Shown one piece after another: positions 32,081-46,999 of a stretch of 64,000 nt of DNA; within the stretch, counting starts at the first letter, position 1, and each line of letters starts with the position of its first letter. The position numbers and the translations under genes were made by a program. Source of the stretch: the human T2T-CHM13v2.0 reference genome, Homo sapiens; NCBI RefSeq assembly GCF_009914755.1, contig NC_060931.1; one strand, written 5' to 3'. The notes beneath the pieces were generated by a model. The model saw nothing but the letters and a program-made list of their open reading frames with translations, searched no databases and was not told where the DNA came from.

Positions 32081-33739
32081 AAGTATGTGTTAAAAAACGG
32101 TTCATCTCACATTGACTGTATTCCCTACTTTATGATCATTCAGTGTAGATGGATGGAGTTTCCTTGATGGTGGCATTTAATTATGCTTACAAAGAAATGT
32201 GATGAAAATTCAGGTTAAAAGAGAAAATATATGAAAGGAATTTTCTTCATCAGGAACTTCAGCAAGGTAAGTATTGTGCTGCAACAGCATGCAATCATCC
32301 AATATCCACGTTTATTTTCTCCTTTCTCCCTCATTCTACAATAATGAGAAAAAAGCAGACACATGTGATTCCTAATCCAATTTAAAGTTTTGCCACCTGA
32401 TGGTAGATTGTTATTTTTGAACCACATTTAGCAAAGGACAGCAAATTGCACTCAGAATTACACAATATTCACTGGAATCTGTATCTTTCATTCTAAGTCG
32501 TTTTTCTTTCTGCAATTGTTCACTTGTTAGAAGCAATATCTGCCACTACTTATATACATAGAAGAGAGCAGCTGAGAGTAAGCATTAGTTCCACATCATT
32601 AATATGAGTATTAATAATAATAAAGGAAACCCTTTCCAAATGGGGATTTATGTTTGAGAATTCAGTATTTTAGTCCAAAGGAAGAAAAACAGGAAAGTTT
32701 TTGGGCAGGCTTTTCTCTACATTTTTAATGATGCATTGGGGGAGGGTGAGGCAATAAGAGACACAGAGAAGCAGGTGGAAGGGAAGTAAGGAGGGATGAG
32801 AAAAGCAGAGTACTGACTGTTGACTGCTCACTGCTGCCTCCCCCATGTTCCCCCCCCACCACCATTTTTAAAGACTCATCATTTGTAGCTTTATGGAAAA
32901 GAAACTAATGCATCTAGAGCAGAAAAAAATAAATAATGTACTTGTATCACTTGTTTATTGCTGTGTGATAAAACACTCCAAGACATCTCTAGTCACGTTG
33001 CGTGAAGGGTCAAGGACACACAGGGTCACATTCATTAGACGCTGTGATTGTGAAAACGTACCACAGATAATATATTTCCCCAAAATATTAATAAATGCAA
33101 AAGAGAATCATCAATATTTTTAATTTGAGAAAACTCTGTATTTGCAAATAGTTCAAAAGCATATTTTAATCAAATAATTATACTAGAACTTAACCATTAA
33201 AATAATCCCAAATATGAAATTAGCTGTTTTTCAATAGTGAATCTTGTGTAAGGTAGAAAGACATTTATATTTGAACGGTTAAAATTATTACCACAAGTCC
33301 CCTAATGTTTCATAACCTAAGGCATGGATTTGGGGAGAAAATCAACAATTTATAGTGCTAGGCAAGCCAACAATGATACAGTAGTAAGTTTTGATAGATA
33401 AGAAATTTTGTTGGATTCTGAAATATACATGACAATATCTGTATCCTATCAACTTTATGAATGTGTCCTATTTGGAGGGAGAAAAGGTATTTAGGAGATA
33501 AATCTGACACAGAATTACTGTCTATTATTATAAATGTTAAATTAAAAAAAGTTTTCAAAATAAGTATCTGAGAAAAATGAAATTAATGCCTATTTTAAAA
33601 CATTAAAATACCTACATTTTAATCTCCTAAACATATAATTTCTTTCTTTATTCTGGCAACATCCTTATTTACTTACTAAGTTTGTATCAATGTTAAAGCC
33701 TTCAATTAAAAAAAAGTAAAATTGTAAAAAGAGCCTGTC

Positions 33740-35030
33740 ATCATGCGAGTCACAGTCTAGTAGAGTCAGGAAAGTAAATTAGTAAAATATGTCACGTCAG
33801 ATGGTGAACGCCAAGGAGACAACACAAGAAAGGGAGGTGGGAAGCTCTTCTGGTGGGGAGGCCTTGCGATTTTAAGTTGGGTGGTATGGGAAGATGTCAC
33901 TGAGTAGATGGTATTTAAATAAAGGACTAAACAACTGAAAAACTAAGCCTTATTGTTCCCTGGGACAGTGAGCATTTCAGGCAGAGTTGGAAGAGCAAAT
34001 GCAAGTAAGTGCCTGAGGTAGGCATTCATTGGCCAGGTTTGAGCTATAACAGGCCAGTAAGACTTGGGTTGAGTTACGTGGGGGATATTAGCAGCAGATG
34101 ACACTGGGGAGAGAGCAGGCATAGAGGTAGGTAGATTGAATGAAACTACAATGGCTAGGTAAGTCTTTATAAGAATTTTGGCTGTCATGTGATTGATGTG
34201 AGACGCTATGGAAGGGATTTGAACACAGGAATAACATAATCTGATTTACATTTGAAAAGGATTATTCTAGTACTATATTGAAAATAGATGGTGAGTCAGA
34301 AAAGAAAGGAAGAAATATCCAAGCCAGTTAGGAGGCTATTAGAGTAATCATATGAGAGACCATGGTAGCCTATGCCACAGTAATCGCAACAAAGGTGATG
34401 AGAAGTAATCTGGTTTTGGAAATATTTACAAGGTTTGGAAGGAAGAGCTAATAGGATTATCCAGTATCTTGGATATGGGCTATATTAATCAACTTTAATT
34501 TATGTGGCCATGACAAACAACCTCAAGTCTTTCCCCAAATGTCAGTAATTTACAACAATGAGCATTGATTTCTTGCTCAAGTTACATAAAGCAGCTGTGG
34601 GTCTGGCTCTGCTCACCTGAAGGTCAGCCTGGAGCTGCTTGACTTGTGCTCATGTTTACCATGCATCCTAGAATCCAGGCTGTAGGAGCAGTTTCTATCA
34701 CATAAATGCTCTATTCATGGCACAGGGAGGGGTGCCATAGCCACAGTGGGCAATCTTCTTAAAAGTCCTGTGGAGTTAAGGCATAAGTCACACCTGGTTA
34801 CATTCTGCTGCCCCAAGCAATGTGGCCAAGCCCATGTGGCTGGGTGGGGACAAACACTTCTCCTACGGGAGGTCTCTCAGGTCTCTTTATCTGACAGAGA
34901 AGGGAGCAAGCATTTGGCAAGCACAACACAATCTTCAACATTGCAGACAACAGAAATCAAGGCTTTTCTCCTAACAAACTAGAAAAATGAAGTCACTGTC
35001 CACCGAGATGGGAAAGACAACAGGTAGAAT
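33740..35030 (-). mobile_element. L2 fragment interrupted by an MLT1-type LTR
   Basis: L2 motifs at 33740-34480 resume at 34960-35030 (CACCGAGATGGGAAAGAC). Confidence 0.65.
34482..34941. mobile_element. MLT1-type MaLR LTR
   Basis: TGACAAACAACCTCAA...TTTCTTGCTCA...CACATTCTG...TGGCCAAGCCCA...TCTTCAACA. Confidence 0.6.
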
Positions 35031-38000
35031 AAGTTTAAAAGCAGACAAAAAATTGATGATAATATGAAACTGTGATGTGATATTGGAATTATTTTAAACA
35101 TTATCATAAAAATTTATTATAAAATGTAGAAAATCTAAGTTATCAAAAGTCTGATCAGTTGTACAAGTGACATGAAATAAGGTACTAGGTCATTTTCATT
35201 TGAAGTGAAATAACCACCCAATTCAGAACAATTAACAGGGGGTAATGAAAATACCTGTATTCATACACGTAGCCCATTTTAAAGTCATATAATTATTATT
35301 CACAGATCATCAGCTACATTTAAGGGATGGTGATATTCAAGCTGTCTTGTATTTCACATCTCTAAGTGTCATAAATATTTCCCTTTACTATAGAAAAAGC
35401 AAACCAGTATCAAATCGACACAGAATGATTATCAACGTATATATCCCTTGTGTAGATGTAGTATTCTGCAACCCCTGTGTAAGTCCTTTTTCACAACGCT
35501 ATATCATGCTTCTTACAGCACTTAAGCTGCTGGTACATGGGTTTCTGAAGAATGAGGAAGGGTTAATCAGCTTTTGGCAGAGATCAGCAAAATTTGCAAG
35601 CATTTTAGCCTCTCCATCAAGACTCATAAAATATTTTGGAAACTACAGGACAAAAAACCAACCCATCCAAGCAGAAAATTAAAAAGCAATCTGCCAGTTC
35701 AATGGAATTCAACCTTTGCTAGGCTGCAAATGATGGTAAAATGGTTAAATATTCATTCATGATTACCCAGAGACATAAAGCTACGGTAGAAACATGAAAA
35801 AAAAAATACATAGACTATGGGCAGGTGGGAAAGAAAACAGGACTAAATTGTGCATCTTATGGAGCAGTGCTGTTTGTTTTCTTTTAACCTGATTTCTATC
35901 AAGATGCTGAAGAACTGTAGATTTAGATAAGATGAGGAAGAAGAGGGGGATCATCTCTCCAACTCCTGGTTTAAAAGGGACACTCTTTTTTCTTTTTGCA
36001 TTGAATTTTTGCCTAAAATTTCCTTTTATTATAGACGTGTTCTCTTTTTCTTGCTTGAGAGTAAAATATTCCACAAAGTCACCAATCATGAAAGTCAAGA
36101 AATGTTTGTTGTATTGACTGTTAATTTCCTAAAAGAAAAACAAAACAACAGCAATAGTTGAATAAGGGAAGACTGAGTTTATTAAGCCTGTCATGGTAAA
36201 GAAGAGCACACCTGGACAAAGGAGTGCCTTGAAAAGGGAAGTCAGAGGAGGGTGTTTACACAGGTGCAGCTTCTGGGCTGAGTGATTTTTAAGGCGTCTT
36301 GCAAGACAGAGCACTGGATAAGGCCAGGCAGAGTTTAGAACTTAATAGCTTTGGATTGGTGAGCACAGTGTGGCAAGAGTGTTAAAGTGATTACATGAGC
36401 AAGGTCTTAATCTTGACAGCTAAGCTGTTTACTTGGTTCATGGCCTTATATTCCAGAAGCAAGCAGTTAAATTATCTTTATTGGATTCAGTATTGTTTAA
36501 TATAGGGTCAGAGAATGGTGTCCGTTTCAATGTTCTGTTGAGAGTTTACCTATCTTGTGAAGTTTTGGGAGAAAACTTCAACCAAGTTTAGAGATATCTG
36601 CTCCATGTCCCAAACTTCCCAGATAAGGGAGATTACTCTGGTATCATTCTCTGCCAGACATCACATCAAGAAATAACAGAAGCTGAAACTGGAATTACAT
36701 TATAATCCATAAAAGGCTGATAACAGAAAGAAGTATTACAATGACCCTGTCTTCTTCAGAAGATCCAATAAAAAGGCTATGCAAGACTGCAGAAGTTACT
36801 ACCTCTAATTTCTTGGCTTCCATACATATCATTTTATTTCTTTTCTGGCCTGTGAGTCCCAAAATGTGGCATAGATATTGACTCCAAAGAGAGGAAGTGA
36901 TTAAAATCTACCCCCATTGGTTAGAAGCTGGCCATTACCAATACTCCTGGTATAGCATAAAAATGCCTCAAACAATACGGCATGCAGTACTGCTCTTTGA
37001 GGGCTAGTGCCAATTAAGGGAACTTGCATACTTCTGTTTCTTTTATTTTTAACTTACTGTTAGAAAAATGTTAACTAAATTTTTGAGGGGAAATGTTGTC
37101 ATTACAGAATGCGTGTTTCATTATGCATATCCTATTGGTGAATAATTTGCAAATCCTCATTTGACCTAAGGAGTGTTTGATTGTCAAGCTTTATATCCCC
37201 AAATTGCCATCAAGCAGATAACTTGTCTCTATCATTTTTATTTTTGATAGCAATTTTTCTGACTCTAAGAAACCTATAAAGCATAATTGTTCTAAAATAT
37301 CTCCACTATTAATCCTTTTAGTCTCATTTTTTCAGAACATACTGAAACAGAAATAGTCTGTCACCTCTGCCTCCACCTGCTTTTCTTCTTCCTCCTTGTA
37401 CTTCAGAGCTAAGGAATGAATACAGAATTTATTCTCTCAGGAGAGTGAAACAATTGATCCAGTAATTGCCATGTCAAGGGTTTTGGTGAGAGAAGTATTC
37501 TAAAATCACAATATAATGCAAGTCTCATAAAGGATTTCCTAAACAGTATGTTGCTCTCCCTACTGAATAAAATATACCTCATCCTACATTTCCTCCTTGA
37601 GGTCTAATAAGGAGAGACCTATCTGGTCTATGGATTTAACACTCTAAGATAATTTACTTTGGACAAAGATCTTTGGAGAAGCTTCATTATATTTTGAAGT
37701 CATTAACATGACTCAAGAAAGTCCCCAATTAAATGAAGATGAGTCATATGACAGTAGGCAACTGTAGATAGTCTCTGCCCCTACATTTTGCCTCTGTAGA
37801 AATATTCTTTACATTCATGGGCTTCCATAGGCCTGATGTTTTCCTATTTTTGTTGTTATTCTGCTTCATTACTGCAAATGTCAGACCTTTAAGAGTGAGG
37901 TTATTAAACAGCAAAACACAGAGCAATAGGCATTTGTAAAAGATATATATCCAGGGAAGATGCTGCTCTCCCACTGCCAGCCATACAAGCTGAGGCTTCC

Positions 38001-39124
38001 TTCTCATCACTGAAGAAGACAAGGAGACAAGAAGCACATTATGTCATAAAGGCAATAGGAATCTTGCAAGTAACCTTTTCACCAGAAAACCTCTCATTTG
38101 CCCTGCCTTGCATGTACTGTTCTTGAATGATTTATTGCCAAAATATTCTTGAATTTCCCATATTGTTAATTTAATGTTCTTAGTAACAAAAACTAACCGT
38201 GGGATTGATATAACAGAAAATTCCAGTCACCTCAGGGCAGAAATTATTATTTTAATCTAGCCATGAAAATAAACATTTTTTTTCAGGAAACTCAAGTCCT
38301 TAAAAATGAGGTGAAGTGTGTCTACCACAAAGTGTCGGCAAGCCAGGGAAAGTCAGGCAGGGTGTTCAAGGAAATTAAACACATCCAGCTTCTTTTTTCT
38401 ACTGTCTTCTTGTTTAGTTCTTCTAAAAATCAGTTTTGATGGGGAGCTCTGGCAAATGTTTGTGTTCCGTTAGTTTAATGTGATAGAGGAAAAAACATTC
38501 TGGCTGGCAGCTAGGCTATAAGGGGAGTGCTGAGATTTGAAACAGAAACCACAATTTATAAAACGACTGCAATAAGACTTGTAAAACACATAAATTATAG
38601 CAAACCACACAAGAATCACAGATGATCTAAGAATATACTCTTTAACACCAGCTCATTTAGATCTACATGTTCCAAGGTAAGAACACAAATAAACTAATCT
38701 GGCAGAAACCATCTAGACTTGTGTTCTAAAGACAACTGTTCCAGTAAATCCTCTTTATTTGAAAATTCAGACCAATCCCTGCTAAGGCCATCTTATCAGG
38801 TAATTTTGGCCCCTAAACTCTAAAGGTATCCTTCCCTGACTCTCTCCTTTAGAGACCCCCCCTTACTTCCTGTGATATGCATTCTCCCTGTCAAGCATTT
38901 TAATAAGTCTGACTTTAACTGTAATGGTGTTGGTTGCTCTTAGCTGGAAGGCTTTAACTTAAAATACCAGGAAGATTAGAGAGATAACTATAAGTAAAAA
39001 TCATCTAGGTTATGATAAATAAGCTGTTGAATTACATGACTTGTTTCTAGGATTTTTCTCTAAACATGTATTAAATCAAACTTTCTCCAATTTGGAGTGA
39101 AGTTAACGATATCTTTTAAAGCTT

Positions 39125-39450
39125 CTCTATAGAAGCAGAGAGTAGAATGGTGATTACCAAAGGCTGGGAAGAGGGGATGGGAGTTGGGGAGATGTTGGTC
39201 AAAGGATACAAAATTTCAGTCAAATAAGAAGAATAAATTCAAGAAATGTATTGTACCACATGATGACTATAGTTAATAATAATGTAGTATTCTTGAAAAT
39301 GGTTGAGTAGATTTTAAATGTTCTTGCCACAAAAAATGATAAAACTATGTCAGATAATGCAATGTTAATTACCCAAATGCAACCATTGCACTATACATAT
39401 ACATATATAAACATCATATTGCACTTAATAAATTTTTTTTATTTAAATAA
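39125..39450 (+). mobile_element. L1MA/MB 3' UTR fragment
   Basis: ATAGAAGCAGAGAGTAGAATGGTGATTACC...GATGTTGGTCAAAGGATACAAAATTTCAG. Confidence 0.8.
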
Positions 39451-41609
39451 GTAAATAATTTTTTAAGAAAAACTCTCCAGGTGATTCTAATGTTCAACCA
39501 AATATGAGAAAGTATAAGTTAAAATATTAACACCTTTCAATAAAACATTTTTTAAATTACATGATGAATTACATATATAAAATGGATAGGTCCATGGTGA
39601 GTGACTTTGACATACATAAACCTCAGTCAAGGTATACCCCATACCCAAGAACATTCCCTCATTCCCCTTTCCATTCAGCCCCCTCCCATAAGTAAGGATT
39701 GTTTTTCTAGCACCATAGATTAGTTTTGCCTGTTCTTGACCTTCATGTGAGTGAAATCACACACCAGAGCGGTTGTTAAAGATGACTGACATGAGATCCA
39801 AAAATGTCAACCTAGAATGAAAGGGCTTCAGCTTTGAGAAGCTCTTCAGATACATTTCACTGTAATACCCTAATTTTCCACTTGAGATCAACAAGATCAC
39901 ACAGCTAGTTGATGGCATAGTTGTGAACAAATTCATTGTTTCCTAAACCCTCTTTACTGATATTCCTTCTGTCATTCATCAACATGTTGATAAGTAGCAA
40001 CTAAACTATAAACTTCAAAATATATCTAAAACCTCAATTTTTACTGCTTCTCCTTTAGTTCAGGCCTGATGAACTACTTAACTAAACTTTCCAGACAAAC
40101 TTCCAGACTGGTCTCTGTCTTTAGATTCTTACTTATTTATTCATTCATTAAAAAACCACTCCTTGGGAATTCATAGTCTAATGAACCTCATTTTGCAGTC
40201 CACTCCTGACTTTATTACACAGATCTGATTATGAAGTCTTCATTGGTTTTAATTATCAGGGTTACAAATATGTGGGCTGCTGACTAAAGGCAATCCACAG
40301 AGCTGATTTTTCCTTCTCATAAAATTAGTTTAAAAATTAAATTACTTGCTAATAATTAAAACTGGGACAATTCTGAGTGATAATTTAGTACCCTGAGTTT
40401 TCTTGAAACATAAGAATGTCTAATAACACAGAGTTCTCACTTTTCTTCTGTAATCACTGGAAACTGAGGAGTGAATATGTTCTTTAGTTTATTACAGCTG
40501 CAACCAGTGACTCGCTGTGTTTCTGACAATGTGGCCACATGCAGCCACACTTCATTTATCTGTCACCTTCTTACCTATTTAGGCATTTTACATTTTCACC
40601 CTAGTTTTCTGAGATGAAGTCTAAATTCTTTGTCCAGGCAAGTGAGGCCTTTGCCTTTAACAGCACACTTTCCGCTACATCTTACTGAATTATATCCAGC
40701 CTAAAACAGTTGTTCTTCCCTGAGTAACAAAATATGAATGATAACACTATTTTGATTGGAAATCTAACAATTTTGCTTTTCTTCTCTTTTTTCCCCCATA
40801 GAAATAAGGAATAGTTGTATTTTCCCTTACTTCTTGGGATGGCATCCTCACCCCCATGAGGAAAGATAACTAGGATCTCAGTTGATTAGGCTTTAAAGTT
40901 AATAGGAAATTAGAGTCTATATTTAAAGAACAAGGAAAGCAGGGCCTTTATCACAAGAAGCAGAGTGCCTTGAAGGAGTTTTTATTAAGCAGGTTGTGTT
41001 TCTTTTGCCAAGTGCTGAGCTGGGCTCTAGTAGACCAATAGTAAAAATGTGGTTCTTGCTAAGGAAGATTGCAAACCAGTCTCAGAGACGGATAAGTCAC
41101 TAGATAGTGTTGACAGTATAGGAATCATCACAGGGTACTCTTGTAGCATAGGAGGGAGTAGTATATACTAGAGGACCTGCAATCTGGACTAGAGGAAGTT
41201 ATTTCTAAGTGTCTGAAACTTAGGCCTGAAGAGCTAGTACATATATGAGTAAGCAAAGCAAAAAGGTGTTTAGGCAGGGGAAATCTCAAAGATAAATGGA
41301 TAGCTCACCGAATCAAGGTATCTTTGGGGTAGTTTACCATAGTCACAGAGAAGCTCAGGTAGGAGGGGGTATGGAAAGTCAATGATTAGGGGATTTGGAG
41401 AAAAATTGAGTGGAACAGAGGTAGAGGATGAAATCATTAGCCCTTGCATTTTATTCAGTGTAATTTTCCTTCTTTCCTGAGGGAGTGGGAGTTATCAAAA
41501 TATTTTTTGGAGAAGAGTAGGATGACAGAATTGTAATATCAGCTACCGTGAACTGTTCGAAGTTCTCTTTGTAACACAAAAAAACAAAAACTGATTTATT
41601 CATAGTTTA

Positions 41610-42170
41610 TTTTTTAAAAATACTTTAAATTCTGGGATACATGTGCAGAACGTGCAGGTTTGTTACATAGGTATACACTTGTCACGGTGGTTGGCTGCAC
41701 CCATCAACCCATCATCTACATTAGGTATTTCTCCTAATGCTATACCTCCCCTAGACCCTCACCCCCCAACATGCCCTACTGTGTGATGTTCCCCTCCGTC
41801 TGTCCATGTGTTCTTATTGTCCAACTCCCACTTATGAGTGAGAACACGCGGTGTTTGGTTTTCTGTTCCTGTGTTAGTTTGCTGAGAATGATGGTTGCCA
41901 GCTTCATCCATGTCCCTGTGATCATTAAAAAGTCAGGAAACAACAGATGCTGGAAAGGATGTGGAGAAATAGGAATGCTTTTACACTGCTGGGAGTGTAA
42001 ATTAGTTCAGCCATTGTGGAAAGACAGTGTGGCAATTCCTCAAGGACCTAGAACCAGAAATACCATTTGACCCAGCAATCCCATTACTGGGTATATACCC
42101 AAAGGATTATAAATCATTCTACTATAAAGACACATGCACATGTACGGTTATTGCAGCACTATTTACAATA
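41610..42170 (-). mobile_element. L1PA 3' end with 5' inversion
   Basis: 41610-41918 is antisense 3' UTR and 41919-42170 is sense ORF2 end; approximate TSD TATTCATAGTTT/TATTCAGAGGTTT. Confidence 0.88.
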
Positions 42171-42861
42171 TTCAGAGGTTTTATGGTAATATTGGTAAAC
42201 AAATATAGCAAATAGATTTTAAAAATGAAAACAATGGATCATGATATATTCCACCTCATATGATCAGAATTCATTTAGAAATGGGCTTCAGGGGGCTTGT
42301 GGCATTCAGAGAAGGCTTTATATAAGAAATGGAACATCCTCCTAAAGGAAACATGGGTGTTGAACTACAGTGAGATTGGGGGTAAAACATTTCAAGTTGA
42401 AAAGTTTGAGGCCATGGTATGTGTATTTGTGTGTGTAGCTTAGAGGGAAGACTGATGTTGGGAGATTCTGAAATGTGACTGATAGCTAATAATTTTGAAA
42501 TTGACTTGGTAGAAAATTTCTGACTCTTCTTAAGCAGGAGAGTGGCCTAATGAAAATAATGTTTGGATTATTGTGTGTGGCATTCAAGTTTTCTAGAATG
42601 CAAAGATTGGTATTAGCAAGAGCTGTTGGATGGATAGCAAGATACACTACCAAATAAATAATTTAGAAAATTTGAAGGTACAAAACACCAGTGTAAACAA
42701 TGTTTCCAGAGTTGAAACCTGAAGCTCAGGTCTCCAAATCACTTTCCCTGTAGGAGGAGTGAGGAAATCAGTTTTCCTTGTAATAGAGCTGCCTCCCCTT
42801 CTATTCTTTCTACTTGGTACCATCTAAGTTATACTTGGTCTCAGAAATTATCGTAACAGGT

Positions 42862-43212
42862 TGTATTACTCCATTCTCACACTGCTGTAAGGGCACACCC
42901 AATAGTGGGTCATTTATAAAGGAAAGAGATGTAATGGACTCACAGTTCCACATGAGGGGAGGCCTCACAATCATGGTAGAAGGTGAAGGAGGAGCAAAAG
43001 CACATCTTACATGGTGGCAGCAAGCAGAAGTGCTGAGTGTAAGTCCCTTATAAAACCATCAGACCTCGTAAGAACTCACTCACTATCACAAGAACAGCGG
43101 CACTGGGGTAACTGCACCCGTGATTCAATTACCTCCCACTGGGTCCCTCCCATGATTATGGGAACTACAATTCAAGATGAAATTTGGGTGGAGACACAGC
43201 CAAACCATATGA
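42862..43212 (-). mobile_element. THE1-type MaLR solo LTR
   Basis: TGTATTACTCCATTCTCACACTGCT...ACAATTCAAGATGAAATTTGGGTGGAGACACAGCCAAACCATAT, about 350 bp. Confidence 0.88.
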
Positions 43213-43576
43213 GATCATTCTAACAGTAATAGGTATCTCTGTTGATGTATCCACCTGAAAAAGAGAGGGAGACAGGCAGGGGAGTCGTTTAGGTCATAAG
43301 CACTTAGTGTGACTTTTCAGCCACGGTGTAAGTTCGAGTGTGTCCAAAGGTCTGAAAGCCCAAATTTCACAGGTGTGCAGAATGTGTAGGTTTACCAGGA
43401 CTTATTCTACTCCCAATGGCATCTTTGTTTTGCATAAGAGTCTGGTATTCTTATAATTCTTTTCTTTTCTATTATTTTGAGACTTTAATTAAGCCATAAA
43501 GTGTAACTGTAAATTCATGTGACCTGAAACTGTAATTTTTATTATGTTTCTTCTTAATTTACACATTGGAAGCCAT

Positions 43577-45410
43577 TTTGTTTTTTAATTTTTATTTTTT
43601 GATTTTATTTTATTGTGGTAAGAACCCTTAAGATCTATCCTCTTAAATGTTTAAATATATAATGCAGTAGTGCTGACTACAGGCACAATGTTACTCCAGA
43701 CCTCCCTGATTTTGCACAACTGAAATTTCATGCCTGTTTATTTATAACTTACCATCCCTCTTCCCTCAGCTCCTGGAAACCACCATTATGGTCTTTGATT
43801 TGGCTATTTTAGGTACCTCCTCCCAGAGAAATCATGCAGGATTTGTCTTTCTGTGACTGGCTTATTTCATTTAGTATAATATCCTCAAGATTCATCCACA
43901 TTGCATATTGCAGAATTTTCTTTATTTTAAATCTGGATAGTATTCCACTGTCTGTGTGCGCTCATCCATTAATGAACACTTAGGTTGTTTTCATACCTTG
44001 GGTATTGGGAATGTTGCTGTGATAAACGTGGAAGTGCTAATATCTCTTCAAGATCCTGGTTTTAATTATTTTGGATAAATGCTCACGGTGGAATTACTTT
44101 ATCATGGTTTTTTTTTTTTTTAAAGGAACCTTAATACGGTTTCCGTAGCAGCTGCACCATTTTGCATTCCTACCAATACCATGCATGGGCTCCATATCCT
44201 CACAGACACTTGCTGCCTACTGCATTTTTTTCAACTTTTATTTTAAGTTCAGGGGTACATGTGTAGGTTTGTTACACAGGTAAACTTTTGTCATGGGGGT
44301 TTGTCATACAGATTATTTCATCACTCAGGTATTAAACCTGGTACTCATTAGTTATTTTCCCTGACTCTCCCTCCTCCCACCCTCCACTCTCTTTTGAAAG
44401 GCCCCAGTGTGTGTTATTTCCCTCTATGTGTCCACGTGTTTTCATCATTTCACTCCCATTCATAAGTGAGAACATGTGGTATTTGGTTTTCCATTTCTGT
44501 GTTAATTTGCTAAGGATAATGGCCAACGTCTCCATCCACATCCCTGAAAAGGGTATGATTTTGTTCTTTTTTATGGATGCATAGTATTCCTTGGTGTATG
44601 TGTACCACATTTTCTTTATCTGGTCTATCGCAGATGGGCATTTAGGTTGATTCCAGGTCTTTGCTTTTGTGAATAGTGCTGCAAAGAATATACACTTTTG
44701 ACTCAACAATCCCATTACTGGGTATATACCCAAAGGAACATAAATCATTCCATTATTAAGACACATGTCTTTTGCTTTTTTCATAATCACCATCCTGAGA
44801 GAAATGAGGTGGTGTCTCATTGTGGTTTTGATGTGCATTTCCCTGATGACTAGTGATGCTAAGCAATCTTCATAGGCCTTTGGGCCCTTGTGTGTCTTCT
44901 TTGGATGAAAGTCTGGTCAAGTCCGTAGCTCATTTTTGTTGATGTTATTATAAAGTTCTGTTATCATTGTTGTTTTTGTTAGTGAGTTGGAGTTTCTTAT
45001 ATATTTTGGAAATTAATCCCTTATCAGATATAAGATTTGGAAATATTTTCCCATTCTCTAGGTTTTTTTTTTTTTTTTTCGTTTTGTTAATTGTTTCCTT
45101 TGCTGTACAGAAGCTTTTTAGTGTGATATATTCCCAGTTGTCTATCTTTGGTTATGTTGTCTGTGCTTTAGGTGTCAGAGTCATGAAATTATTGCCAAGA
45201 CGAATGTCATAAAAGTTTTCCCATATGTTTTCATCTAGGAGTTTTCTAGTTTCAGGTCTTAATTTGGGACTTTAATTCATTTTGAATTGATTTTTGTATG
45301 TGTAGTATAAGAGTCCAATTTCCTTTTTTTTTTTTTGCATGTGGATGTTCAGTTTTGTCAACAACATTTGTTAAAGAGACTATCTTTACCCAATTTCCTA
45401 TCTTTGGTAT
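43577..45410 (-). mobile_element. Old L1MA/MB 3' portion hosting a younger L1PA
   Basis: Antisense L1 3' UTR and ORF2 end; host sequence resumes after 44767. Confidence 0.8.
44225..44767 (-). mobile_element. Nested L1PA 3' end with a short 5' inversion
   Basis: 44225-44695 antisense; 44696-44767 sense (CAATCCCATTACTGGGTATATACCCAAAGG...ACACATG). Confidence 0.82.
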
Positions 45411-46999
45411 CAAGCCATTTTAACAAGAATTTTAACACTATACATTTTCTGAGAGATGCATATGCTTAGGATGAACAGTTTAAATTACTAAATTGATAGC
45501 ACATGCCAGATTAAGTTCTGTTATGTCTTTACTGTAATTCTTTGATATTTTTAATATTTCAAGTACAGATACATTCTAATTTTGATTTAATTCTGCCAGA
45601 GCAAAATGTATCTTATTTGTTTATATTGAATCAATATTAAGGAAATATTTACACAAAAATATGATCATATATTTTAAATATCTGTACTGTAAGGAAAATG
45701 CTTTTATATCTTAAAAGTTATTGAAAACCATGGGTATTATTAGGAAACATTAGTCATTATTTTGATTAATAGTTTAGGCTAAGTCACTTGAACCCCTGAT
45801 GGTGCCTGTCAGATTGTGGAATACACATATATCTATTTGCAGCCTCTCTGTCATAAGGGCTATGACAAAAATTATTATTTAAAAACTATTTTGAGTTTCA
45901 CAGAAGGAGGCTATAATTTCTATAAATTCATGTTTATGTGACTTTGAAGTAGATTCAAACAAATGTTATTAATATCAATTTATCCTGTTAATCTAGGGAC
46001 ACAGCACACTGATATTTCCCAAGAAAGAGTAAAAGATTGAAAGGACATCAATAGGTAAAACCATCATTTGCTGAAAACTCTTTGCCCTGAGAAGCAGAAG
46101 CCTGTCAAAGTCCAACACAACCATATATCAACCTCCCTGTCAAGGACATCACACCTGCAGTAGAATCAACACTGTAACAGGTTGAGGATGACCTTAGTGT
46201 TGTGCTATTGATTTAGTCTCCATGTTGTTATTAGTCTGATATTCTAAGGTTCAATGAATTTGATCCACATAAAGTAAGTATCAAAAAGAAAAGCGTGGAA
46301 CCTAAAAAGCTCCAGTCAAAAGCAATCACTTCCAGGTTTTCAAACATAAAAATTAAAGGGATTAAACTTGGATTGATGAAACTTAGGGGAACGGGACTAG
46401 TAGATTTGATAATTGTGTTATTTGAAGATCAACTGAATTTTTGCACAAACCTTCATGGCCAATAGAAATGAGTTGTGCCCCCATGTACCTAAGGGTCACC
46501 GATCTGCAACCTACAAGTAGGGTGACCTGATTTGCCTGAGACTCTTCCGGTGACCAAACTCAACTCATCATTGACATTAAAAGGAGAGCTTTTAAAATAT
46601 AGATCCTATGGGCAGCAATTCAGAGTTACAGAGTCTAACCTTATAGCAGTGAGGTCCATTAATCTGTTTTTTTTTTTTTTTTTTTGTTTTTTTTTTTTTT
46701 ATAAAGTACCCGAGATGGTTTTGATAATATGGGTGCTTGGGAAACTCTCCTCCGAAAAACATAGAGTTCCTGATTTGGAAATCTTGCTGCTTAAATAAAA
46801 TATGTGTATGTGTGCACACATGTGTGGTGTCTATTTTTCCCTTTCCTTTTTCCAAAATGCCAACAATTATTTCCCCCTGTGTATTATGACTATAGCTTGT
46901 GCAATTACAATGTTTGTATGTATCACAGTTGATTCTAATTAAGTATTAAGACGTTTTATATACTAGACCAAGAACTTATTTAAGACCTTATTCCTCTCT

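Noticed and set aside
36130-36560. Possible old ERV LTR fragment
   Set aside because: LTR-like character only; I could not identify termini or family.
44332-44838. 168-aa ORF, the longest outside the ERV
   Set aside because: A chimera reading across host L1, the inverted piece and the nested L1PA ORF2 end and 3' UTR.
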